Source: the human T2T-CHM13v2.0 reference genome, Homo sapiens. Taken from it: 64,000 nt of DNA. Numbering within the stretch: position 1 is the first letter of the stretch; every line of letters starts with the position of its first letter. The stretch lies in NCBI RefSeq assembly GCF_009914755.1, contig NC_060947.1. The stretch is one strand, 5' to 3'. Shown piece after piece: positions 48,386 to 59,683 of the stretch. The notes below the pieces were generated by a model. It saw only the letters and a program-made list of their open reading frames with translations. It was not told where the DNA came from and did no database searches. The translations under genes were made by a program, and so were the position numbers.

Positions 48386-48598
48386 AAAAAAGAAAAAAGA
48401 AAAAAAGAAGGGAAGGAAGGAAGGAAGGGAGGAAGAGAGAAGGAAGGAAAAGAGGAAGGGGGAGGAAGGGAGAGGGAAGGAGGGAAGAAGAGAAAGAAGG
48501 AAGGAAAGAAGGGGAGGGAGGAATGAAGGGAGAGAAGAAGGAAGGAAGGAAGGAAGGAAGGAAGGAAGGAAGGGAGGGAGGGAGGGAAAGAAAGGGGC
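48386..48598. repeat. Polypurine/polypyrimidine tract including (GGAA)8 at 48540-48571
   Basis: About 210 nt, almost purely A/G on the plus strand. Confidence 0.95.
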
Positions 48599-49331
48599 AA
48601 GATAGGGGGAGGATGCCCTAAACCTCCACCTGCTGATTTTGGTTTAAGGAAAAAAATTAGCTCACTAAAGTCTTTCCTGGGGTTAATGGGAAATGTGGAT
48701 ATAACTAAAACAAAGTTTGAAGGTATGAAATTTTGGAAATAGAATACTACTGGCCCACAGTTGTTCTGGGGCCATTGCCTAGGTTACTCAGGTGTGAACA
48801 CCTGCATGGGATCAGACTTCCATGGAAAGCGGCTAGAGCATAGGGATGCATAATTTCATTTCAGGTAGTTTTTACAATCTGATGGGAAGCCTGGCTTCAC
48901 ACAGAAAACCACCGTTCGTTAAACATGTACAAAGAAAGACTATGACAAATAGCTCTGAGGGAAATGGCTCCTCATACCAGCTTGTCAAGCCGAGGACTTC
49001 TATGAAAGATTGATTTGTCTTTCTAATTACAGCCTGAATCAAGTTAACAGCTTGTATAAGACAACATCAGGAAGCAATAAAAAAAGAATCATGAGAGAAA
49101 CTAAACGAAAGCTTGGATGAGAGCCTTTGAGCTCAAATCTTGACTTAAAGTATCTCGAAGGCTCTCTTTAACCCTTCTTTCCTTCTTTCCTTCATTCTTT
49201 AAATTTTTTTTTTTACTACATATTGCAGTAAAACTAATGTATCTCAATCAGCGTCTCAGCTCCCAGGTGGGCTGTGTCTTTTTTCCCCCCATTACAATCT
49301 TTCTTATAAACAAGAGCTGTCAACTACTCAC

Positions 49332-49552
49332 CAAGTAATTCACCGCTCAAATGTCTTCAGTTTACTGCCTGCGCATGCAGACCACTGGCATAGCTACCTC
49401 AGTGTGTCCATTTCTTTGCATCCTCTATGCATTCACAATCCTGTCAAGGACTCCAGTCTGTTGACAAATTCCATTAATGGGGTAAATAATTGAAAGCGTT
49501 AGTAAATGTTTTGAAAATCACTCTTCAGCATCCGCAGACCAAGACTTGGATT
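49332..49552 (-). other. GUCY2F: Probable non-coding exon 1 of GUCY2F (start approximate)
   Basis: Strong donor TTG|GTGAGT at 49332/49331 in repeat-free sequence. Exon 2 begins at an acceptor, so an upstream exon is required. A TATA-like TTTAAA at 49579-49584 and photoreceptor motifs lie immediately upstream. Confidence 0.65.
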
Positions 49553-49645
49553 AGGATTTAGAGTGACACTTCTAATCCTTTAAATTGATCCCACCTGTAG
49601 CAGAGTTAGTGCTGACCTAAATGCAATGACCCAGAGATTAACAAA
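49545..49645 (-). promoter_or_regulatory. Candidate photoreceptor core promoter (CRX/OTX2, NRL, ROR sites; no CpG island)
   Basis: GGATTA 49548-49553, CTAATCC 49572-49578, AGATTA 49635-49640, TGCTGAC 49610-49616, ATTTAGGTCA (minus) 49613-49622, TTTAAA 49579-49584. Confidence 0.65.
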
Positions 49646-50136
49646 CAAATAGAGTCCTCTGGATAAATACGTCCTCCACAGACTACTGCCTTCTTTTACC
49701 TTTCAAAGTCAGACACAAACTCTCAGATTTTGCCTCTGTGTTCTTCCTTGTTCCATTCTGTCTAATAACCACCAATCGCCCTTTCTCCAGGACAGTTCTA
49801 AATGCCAAAACATTCATCAGCTGTGATTCCAGCCCAGAATATAAAAGGTGATCCAGGCTGGCTCCCTGCAAAATTCAAAGCAGGTGAATTTTGTCTCCTT
49901 CTCCTATTCCCCTTAAGTGCCTTCACTGCCTTTCCTCCCAAGAGAGACTCCCTACTTCCCTCTACACCTTTGTACAGAGACATTGTTTCCCCATACTTTA
50001 GATGTATTCCTTTTCCTTAAGAAGTCCCTCTCTGTCCTGGGCATCATTCACTCAGGGCCCTGTTCTGGATTCCCAACGTGAGAACTGAGGTGTTAAGGGC
50101 TAAAAATGACTTATATTAAATGAGAAATGTTTTTTA

Positions 50137-50870
50137 ATAATAGTTTTATTGAGATATAATTTATCTACCACAAAAGTATATAATTTAGGGTTTTTTTAAA
50201 GTATATTCACAAGCTTGTGCAACATTTTCATTATTCCCACAAAGAAATTCCATTCTTGTTTAAAAGTCACTCCCCATTTCTCTCCTCCTCCTAGCCCCAG
50301 GCCACCACTAATTTACTTTCTCTATGGATTTTCCTATTCTGAACATTTCATATAAATGGAATCATACAACATGTGATCTTTTGCGAGTGGCTTCTTTGTT
50401 TGAATGAAAGAAGGACATGGATGAAATTGGAAATCATCATTCTCAGTAAACTATCGCAAGAACAAAAAACCAAACACACTTTGTTTGAAAAACAAACCGT
50501 TTTCAAGGTTCATGCACGTTCTAGCCTGTACCAGTACTTCATTTCTTTTGTGGCCAAATAATATTCCACTTTTTTGGGTATACCACATGATCAGTTGATG
50601 GAAATTTAGGTTGTTTCCACCTTGGGCTATTATGAATACTGCTTTTATTACTTTTGTGTAAAAGTTTTTATATGGACATATTGTTTTTATTTCTCTTTGG
50701 CATATACCCAGGGAATTGCTGGGTCATATAATAACTCTATGTTTAACATTTTTTGAATTGGCAAACTGTTTTCCAAAGTATATGCACCATTTGGCATTCC
50801 CACCAGCAACATATGAGGGTTCTTTTTTGCCTACATTCTTACCAACACTTGTTACTATCTATCAGTTTTT
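50137..50870 (-). mobile_element. Old L1M 3' end hosting the young L1 patch
   Basis: ttttattgagatataat...atttcatataaatggaatcatacaa...ggaattgctgggtcatat...ccaacacttg. Confidence 0.8.
50413..50477 (+). mobile_element. 65-nt young L1PA2/3-type ORF2 fragment without a tail
   Basis: ggacatggatgaaattggaaatcatc...aaccaaacac encodes [21 protein letters not shown] and differs at one base from the L1 at 57.5 kb. Confidence 0.9.
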
Positions 50871-53360
50871 TATTTAAGTATGACAGGCATTTTATATGTA
50901 CATTATACTTATATGTACATCTTTATGTTCACAACAACCATGAAGGTGGATATTACCCATTCTTTCCATTTTGTAAATGAGGATGCCAAGACTGAGATAA
51001 ATTAGGCAATAATCATACTTACTGAGTGCCAATGATGTGACAGGCATTTTTGGAAGCCCTGTCTCCTTAGATCTTCACAGTGACCCCACGAGATAGATAC
51101 TATTTGAATTCCCAGACATCCAGAGAGGTTACAGTAACTTACCAAAAATCACACAGCCACTGGTCAGTAGAGACAGAATTTGAACTCAGACACTCTAATT
51201 CTAGTAAGTAATAGAGCCAGAAAATTTAAACGCAAGACTATTTGGCTCCAAGAAAGCTCACGTTTATCCTTGATATATTCCACTAATGCACCCTTGTGCT
51301 ATCCCTCCAAAGACTGCTTGCACTCTAATAGAGTCTCCAGAAACACACCGTGACTACCCAAAGGAAACAATCCCTAATTGTAGAATTTCAGGTGACCTGA
51401 TGGAAATACTGGTGCAAGTGAGGGCCCCAGTTAGCATTCTCTATGTAGTGCTGCATGGTGCCATGAGCAACCCCAGTATGGATTTTATGAGAAGGTTCTG
51501 ATGAGGACTAGGATGTTCAAGGGACCATCATTCAAGGAATGTTCCAAAATCCTGAATAGACATAAGATTCTAAATTTATAGGTAGAAGTAGCTGGGAATT
51601 AGCACATAAATAAAATTTCTAAAGTGAATTTGCTTCTTTTGATTAAGAGTTCCACAAACACTTGTTGCTCTACGGACTTTACATATACTAGCTCAATGGA
51701 TCATCACAACTGTCCTATGGGGTAGGTATTATTATCATCCACATTTTATAGATGAAAAACTGAGGCACAAAGAGATTAAGTAATTTGCCCAAGCGCATAC
51801 AGCTAGTTTCTGGTGGAGCCATCTGTGAAAATAAGTACTCTAGCTTTAGAGTCAGGACTCTTAACCACTGCCTCTTAATCACAGTATGGGGGTCATTGGA
51901 TTTATCCATACACTCAAGAATTCCCATTAGATCTCTAAGTTTTAGTTATAGTATAATTAAAGATGATTTTAGAACAGAAATCTAAAACCATTTGGGGTCC
52001 TCATGAATCTAAAATTATACAGATACTTCAAATCCATTCACGAGTACAAACTTAAGAATTATTCCTATACACCTTTTAGAACTGCTATGTCAGAAACATC
52101 AGCACACTGTATGATTAAGTATTGACCTTAGTGTTCTCATGGACTTACAACACCAGAATGTTCACGGATTCTACTACATGTTGTTGGAACTCGTATCAGT
52201 TCCTGTCTATGTTTCCAATATCAAAGCCTAACAATTTACAAAATTTCATCTTCTCTGTATGATCTTTACTCCCTAAGGTGCCATGGAATGAAAGAATCCA
52301 AAATAGCACCCTCTCCCTCCACAAAACTGTGAAGCCAGTCACATCGATTGAGCTTTCCTCTTAACATTAGTTGCAAAGAAAAAAAGTAGCGCTTTTACAT
52401 TTTATATATACATATATTACTACTAAACACTACAGGGAACTCCTAATTACATACATCATGGGAAATGGCCTTACATAATATTAGCCTAGGATCCTTGCAT
52501 TCCTTTGGAGACTAAGATGCAGGGCTGGGGCATGAGGTATAAAAATGATTCAGAATGGTGTGCTTCTAGTTAATCATCCAGAATAAGGCTTGGACAAGTA
52601 GCTCCTTGTCCTGGGGGAAGTGAGAACCTGGGGAACAAGGGAGGTGATGGACAAAGATAAATTAGAATGAGAGAGGAAAACTACAAGAAAGGATGTTAGG
52701 CAAACTTACACATTTTGCTTCATTCCAGTGAGGGCTCTGAACTGTGATTCTCGACCTTCCTTTAGATTTTTCACCTAACCCTACCTGACAGAAAGTTATT
52801 TTTCTGATTCAGTAGTAATAACAAAATTCTCCGTCTGCTTATAGTACTAAACAAATACTTATAGTACTCAACAAGGCATATATTGTTTCATAAAAGTAGA
52901 ATAGCTTTGGGCAACAGGCAAAATGATAATTTCCAATTTTTGAGCATCTCCTTTCAACTGGCACTGTTAGCCTTACTTCATTTATTTCTCACAGCATCCC
53001 TAAGAGGTAGGGAAAATTCTTATTCTCACTTTAGAGATACAGAAAAAAAAAATAAAGTACAGGAAGTTTATGTGCTCTGGCCAAAGTCACACAGCTGATA
53101 CATGGTGGAGCCATGATGCAAATTCAGGTAGCATAGTTCCTGGGCCTGACGCTGAATAACTTTGCTATACTGCTTCAGGATGCAAAGAAGTTATTGAAGT
53201 GTATTACGCTGTATATTTACAGTATACGTTATTTTGTTGACATATATGTGTGTGTATTTATGGCATTATAAATGAGTTTGCTTTTCTTCAGTTTTGAGTG
53301 GAGAAGTGACCCAGCTTTCTGCCACATTCAGCCCAGAAAACGTGACCCGAATAAACCTCA

Positions 53361-53430
53361 GTGCTGCCCTCTAGTAGTCAGCTCCCACACTGAAAGTAAA
53401 GCCAAGGTTGTAATGACACCACGCGGCCGC
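53361..53430 (-). promoter_or_regulatory. Two tandem CTCF-like motifs
   Basis: Minus strand reads GACTACTAGAGGGCAGCAC (53361-53379) and CCGCGTGGTGTCAT (53413-53426); CpGs are locally retained. Confidence 0.6.
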
Positions 53431-56400
53431 AAGATGTCAATATTTTAACATTATTATCAAACTCCTCTAAGATCAATTTTTTTTAGAAATTAATACGGGT
53501 TGCCTGATTGTTGTAAAACTATGTTAGAAAATTCAGAACAGTAAAAAACAGAAAAAAATTTTTGCTTTTATTGAATCCTGTATTTTTCCAAAGTTATACT
53601 CAAACCAGGTATACAATTTTGTAAACTTATTTTTTTAATTTGACATGGAAACATACCTATGTTCTCACTAAGGGCACAGGATTTGGAGTCAAGCTGACCT
53701 GCCTTCAAACCCCATCACCATATTCCCTAGCTGTGTGACCTGAGGTTAATTACTTAATTTCCCTAAAGCCCTAGGTTTCCTCAAATGAAAGAAATTATGA
53801 TAAACAGAACTATTTCCCAGCACTGTTGTGGGGATTAAAAAGAATGATGTACATTAAGTGTCGCACACGGTGGGTGCTCAAAACATGGCATTTCTTTAGA
53901 CCATGCTAATCCCATGGCACTCTTGTTTTTAGAAGCTCCACTCTACATTTTATCACATATACTTTGACATGTACACACCCCATATCCCATGTCAAATAAG
54001 TATATATTTTGCTAAAAATTTGAGACGATTTTAAAATTTTGCCTTTGAAATTTATTATCAGTTATGCTTCTTAGCAGAGATTATATATACTAAAGAATTC
54101 TTACCAACTGATACAATCTAACCAACCATTTTTCCAATGTGTCAAAATTGTTCTGAACACAAAATGAAATAATCTATAAAAATGATGAGTTACATTTTTT
54201 GACATTTACTTAGACATTTATAGACTTTAATTTTGCAGTTATCTTCATATTTTGAAGCCAATAACTTTTGTCAGGCTTCAAACCCCTTTGGCAGATCCTT
54301 GGGAAGTTCATAGGTCTTAGGCATTTTCCTTGTAGTGCTCAATGGATTAAAATAAAAGAATCTGGTAAACATTATTACCACTTCACTTATGCATTATTTT
54401 ATGGCTACAGAATATTTAATTTTGTATATGTTCCAAAATGTACTCAATCATTCCTCTAGTACTTAGGTTGTTTCCAAATTTTCCCTATTATAAATGATGC
54501 TACAATGCATATCATTAAATATAAACCTCTTTTCAATATAATAGGATTATTAATTTATGATAGAGTCCCAGAAGTAAAATTACTGAGTCAGAGTGTATGA
54601 ATATCAGTAATGGTTCTTAACATGTATTGTCCAATGACTTTCCAAAATATTTGGACCAATTTATGCTCTCACCAATGGTCAATAAAATAAAAGTGTCCAT
54701 TTTATTGCCCTGTCACCAGCTGCAGATTGTCTCAAATTTACATTTGTCAATTGTATAGGCCAGAAAAAGATATTTGGTATTAACGTCTATTTTTCTATTA
54801 CTATTGAGTTATTTAAAAATTATTTTCTCATAATTTTATAAGCCATATGCATTTTCTGCTTTGTGAATCTTCTCTTTGTCTCTTTCCCTGCTTCTAAGGT
54901 CCAGTGGTAGACAGAGGATTCCCCAAAATTAGTGTCTTTGCACAGTCTTATGCAGAATCAGGTAGTTAATAATACTATATAGTGCTTATAAACTGTGCTA
55001 ATACTATGGATTGGCTTGCTTCACTTCCATTACACCCCGGAATCTTCTGTACCTAAGATTTGCCATGTGGATTAGATGTCACCAAGTAGATGCACTCATA
55101 TGAAGTTTGGCAGTTAAAAGTGGGCTGAAAAACTATGTGTATATATGAGGTTTTCTGCAGTGCTCATTTTCCACCTTCCTAGGTCTCAAGAGGAAGTGAT
55201 GTGCTACCCCCACCAAAGTCAACAACAGCAGCGTCCCCATCTGGTTTCTAATCACTGGGTCACAGCTATTGGATGCTCTTCATCTAGATCCGTAGGTATT
55301 CAGAAACAGCTGCAGCAGCTGCAGAGGAGAAAAGAGCAGGTTTTTGATTCTGGCAGAGCTCTACTGGTGACATCAAAGATAGTAATTCCCTTAAAGTTTC
55401 AGTTCTGTATTTTTCTGGAACTACGCTTGTGAAATAGACCGTTAGACCTTCCAGCAATCTTGTAAGTACTCAGTACCCTGTTTTAAATTCCTGCCTGTAA
55501 ATTGTTAGGAACTTTTTGGAACATAATCTAACTGTATATATTACAATATAAAAATATGTATACACTTTGACCTAGCAGTTGTACTTGGAAAAGTCTCTTG
55601 CACGGTAATAAAAGCATTAGCATGTGTTTTCACAAAGATATTTATTGCAGTGTTATTTTAGTGGCAGAAAACAACCTGGAGAAAACCTGAATGCCCACCA
55701 ATGGGGGGGTGGTTACATTCATTACAGAACATCCATGCTGTGGAATACTATAAATCAAACTAAAAAATTTAAAATTTTTTTTAAAAAGGAAAGGTTGTCC
55801 ATTTATTGATCTGAAAGTATGCCATGATACATTTAAGGAAATGGTCTGTATAATTCCATTTTTGTAATTAAAGAGGCAAGAGCATTCCCTTCTGCTTAAG
55901 AAACTTACAGTGGTTTCTGTTTTCTGCCCTGAACCCTGACTGGTACACACACTGTCATCATTATCATCATTAAACGTTATATATCTGAGGTGGTGCAAAC
56001 AGCCGGTTTCTCATCCAGTAATGAATCTCATAAATAAAATAAATATACAAGAAAATTCTTGGAGGCCCAATACTTATTAAAATATTGTACCACACAAGGG
56101 ACTTCTGTTTTAAGATAGAGCAACTTGTAGCAAACTAATGCTGTTGCTGCAAACAACTAGAAAAATCAGGTGAAATACTCCCCAAAAAGTTCCTTTTTGA
56201 AGGCATCAGAGAGCCAGGCCTTGAGAGGTAAGAACCCAGAAAGAAGGGAAGCTCATGAAAATAAGCCCAACTTTCTGCATGTTGTTTTTCCCTTAGGGTA
56301 TTTCTCAATTCTTGGTCCAGAAACTGGGTAGAGGGTGACTCCTATGAGGCAGAGAAGTCAACAGAGCTTTAGGTAATATCACAGAACTCGGAGTATAAAA

Positions 56401-57179
56401 ATTGAAGTTTAAGGTCTGCCAAGGCCAGCCAGGATTTGAACAGCCATGAAACTGCAGAGAGAAGCAGCAAAGGAAAGTGAACCTGACACAGCACAACTTT
56501 TCCACTCCAGGAAATTGCCAATTAAGTTGCACAGGGCAAAAGATTATAAAGATTATAAGCCCTGCAGAGTGGCTAAAAAGTAGAGCGGAGTTTCAGGAAG
56601 ATTCACAGAGCTGAAGATGCAAAAATTGGAGTTCAGAACTTCTCAAGGAGATGTGTCCCTGGGAAACATCTATCCCTGGTTCTCATTTGGGACCCCTGGA
56701 GAGCTATATCCTAGGAATAGAGCAAACTAGAAATAGGTTGAGTCTAGCAAACACTGCAAACCAGCCTCAGGTCAGCTCAGTGGCTGAAAGGATTAAGATA
56801 ATTTGCCCTTCCGCTGCCTGGCAAAATATAGGGTGAATCCGCTCTGGAGCACATAAGATCATCTAGAGTCTATATACTTTTTTAGGCACAAAGTCTGGCA
56901 CTCAGTGAAAAATTAACTAATGTACCAAGAAACAGCACCAAGAAGAAAAAAAAAAAAAAGCAGGCAACAGGAACAGACTTAATGACCAAGTTATTGCAGT
57001 TATATGACATGGGCTATAAATATTCAAGAAAATGAAGAACAATGTGGAGAATTTCACCAGAAAACTAGAATCTATAAAAAAAAGAATCAAATGGAAATTC
57101 TGAAAATGAAAAATACAATAAATGAAATTAATAATTCAATAGTGGGCCACATAAAGTCTAAGGTTCACCACTACTTTGT

Positions 57180-58128
57180 TTTGTTTTGTTTTGTTTTGTT
57201 TGAATTACATAGTCTTCTTAATTGGTGTCTTTTTTTTTTAATTATACTTTAAGTTTTAGGGTACACGTGCACAATGTGCAGGTTAGTTACGTATGTATAC
57301 ATGTGCCATGCTGGTGTGCTGCACCCACTAACTCGTCATCTAGCATTAGGTATATCTCCTAATACTATCCCTCCCGCCTCCCCCCACCCCACAACAGTCC
57401 CCAGAGTGTGATGTTCCCTTTCCTGTGTCCATGTGTTCTCATTGTTCAATTCCCACCTATGAGTGAGAATATGCGGTGTTTGGTTTTTTGTTCTTGTGAT
57501 AGTTTACTGAGAATGATGATTTCCAATTTCATCCATGTCCCTACAAAGGACATGAACTCATCATTCTTTATGGCTGCATAGTATTCCATGGTGTATATGT
57601 GCCACATTTTCTTAATCCAGTCTATCATTGTTGGACATTTGGGTTGGTTCCAAGTCTTTGCTATTGTGAATAATGCTGCAATAAACATACGTGTGCATGT
57701 GTCTTTATAGCAGCATGATTTATAGTCCTTTGGGTATATACCCAGTAATGGGATGGCTGGGTCAAATGGTATTTCTAGTTCTAGATCCCTGAAGAATCGC
57801 CACACTGACTTCCACAATGGTTGAACTAGTTTACAGTCCCACCAACAGTGTAAAAGTGTTCCTATTTCCCCACATCCTCTCCAGCACCTGTTGTTTCCTG
57901 ACTTTTTAATGATCGCCATTTTAACTGGTGTGAGATGGTATCTCATTGTGGTTTTGATTTGCATTTCTCTGATGGCCAGTGATGGTGAGCATTTTTTTCA
58001 TGTGTTTTTTGGCTGCATAAATGTCTTCTTTTGAGAAGTATCTGTTCATGTCCTTTGCCCACTTTTTGATGGGGTTGTTTGTTTTTTTCTTGTAAATTTG
58101 TTTGAGTTCATTGTAGATTCTGGATATT
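57180..58128 (-). mobile_element. 5'-truncated L1PA2/3 with 3' transduction
   Basis: ORF2 C-terminus and 3'UTR (gctagatgacgagttagtgg), A10, 28 nt of non-L1 sequence, then an (AAAAC)n tail. TSD ttcaccactactttgt at 57164-57179 and 58127-58142. Confidence 0.93.
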
Positions 58129-58371
58129 CACCACTACTTTGTATGATATTCTGAGTACCGGTTATGTTATTCCCTCTGGAAGACTCCCTTCCCGCATTGT
58201 GTGTAGCATTCAGGGACTGCCAATCAATATGCCCTGCACCCCTCTGATCAAGAAAGTGGCGGGTACTAGGTCCAAACCAAGTCCATTGGATTTGCCTAAG
58301 AATCTGAATCTTGAGCTAAGCAATGCAAAGATGAAAAACAGAGCTGATTCATAATGCCAATGGTGCCCTGG

Positions 58372-58730
58372 TGATATGGTTTGCCTCTGTCTCCCCACCC
58401 AAATTCAACCTTGAATTGTAATAATTTCTTCATGTCAAGGGCGGGACCAGGTGGAAGTAATTGGATCATGGGGGTTGTCTTCCCCATGCTGTTCTCATGA
58501 TAATGAGTGAGTCTCATGACAGCTGATGGTTTTATAAGCATCTGGTATTTCCCCTGCTGGCACTCATTCTCTCTCCTGCCGCCCTGTGAAGAGGTGGCTT
58601 CCGCCATGATTGTAAGTTACCTGAGGCCTCCCCAGCCGTGTGGAACTGTGAGTTAATTTAACCTCTTTTCTTAATAAATTACCCAGTCTTGGGCATGTCT
58701 TCATTAGCAATGTGAGAAGGGTCTAATACA
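58372..58730 (+). mobile_element. THE1 (THE1C-like) solo LTR
   Basis: tgatatggttt...ctaataca termini; perfect 5-bp TSD cctgg at 58367-58371 and 58731-58735. Confidence 0.92.
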
Positions 58731-58871
58731 CCTGGAAAAGTAGCTCATTAGTTCCCTCCATATAGATCCTGGATAATGTCATGATTTCCATCTTTTTTGA
58801 GACCTGCTGGTTTAATTATTCCTTCTGCAAGCTAACTCATTGTCTTCCAAATAAACTCCTTGACTAGCCAG

Positions 58872-59229
58872 TGTATTAATTTGGGTAAGTAATACATCAA
58901 CTGCCAAATTTCAGTGGCTTTAAAATATAAGCCATTTCCCATTCATGTCCTACCCAGAGTGGGTCTACTAAGGGACCCAGGCTCTTTCCATTCTTTGGCT
59001 CTGCTCTCTTCTAGGTCTTAGAAGTCCTCTGCATTCAACTGGCAGGATAAAATGTGGGAGATTTTTATGGAAAATGGCACATATCACTTCTGCTCACATT
59101 CCATTGCCCAGAACTTAGATACATGACCATACCTTGGTGCAAGGTAGACAGGGAAATGTAATCTAGATGGTTGTCCAAACAAAAGAGGAGAACATTATTA
59201 TGTATGAGCACCTGCAGTCTACATACCAC
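58872..59229 (-). mobile_element. MLT1I/J-like LTR
   Basis: atttcagtggcttt...atcacttctgctcacattccattg...gggaaatgtaatctag. Confidence 0.55.
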
Positions 59230-59458
59230 AGCCAAGGTCAGTTCTGTTACTTGCTAACAAAGGACCATAATCAATACAGATAGATAGGATTTTAACAGAG
59301 CTTAAAGAGGAGAACAACTCAGAGAGAGGAACTGGTGTAAACAAAGAGAATAGAGCATCATGTGGTTTGGCTGGAATGTTGAATGCATGATTGGGAGCAG
59401 CAGGAGACCAGCGTAAGAGGTAGATAGGGTCTTGAATGCCAAACTGAATTCTGTAGGC

Positions 59459-59683
59459 CAGGAGTTGACAAACTATGGTCTGTGGGGCAAACCGAGCCTG
59501 ATCCCTGCTTTTGCAAGTAAACTTTTGTGGGAACACATTCACATTCATTTACTTATGCATTGTCTATAGATTATTTTCTTATGCAATGGCAGGACTGAGT
59601 AGTTGCAACAGAAAATACATGGCCCACAAAGCCCAAGAATACTTACTATCTGTACTCTTACATAAAAAGTTTGCCAACCTCTG
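59459..59683. mobile_element. MER58A
   Basis: caggagttgacaaact...agtttgccaacctctg TIRs; degenerate 8-bp TSD ctgtaggc/ctacaggc. Confidence 0.8.

Noticed and set aside
48158-48605. K/E/G/R-rich and P/S/F/L-rich ORFs
   Set aside because: Translations of the purine STR, which lacks stop codons.
49369-49380. NRF1-like TGCGCATGCA in exon 1
   Set aside because: The second half departs from the GCGCATGCGC consensus and the promoter is not a CpG island.
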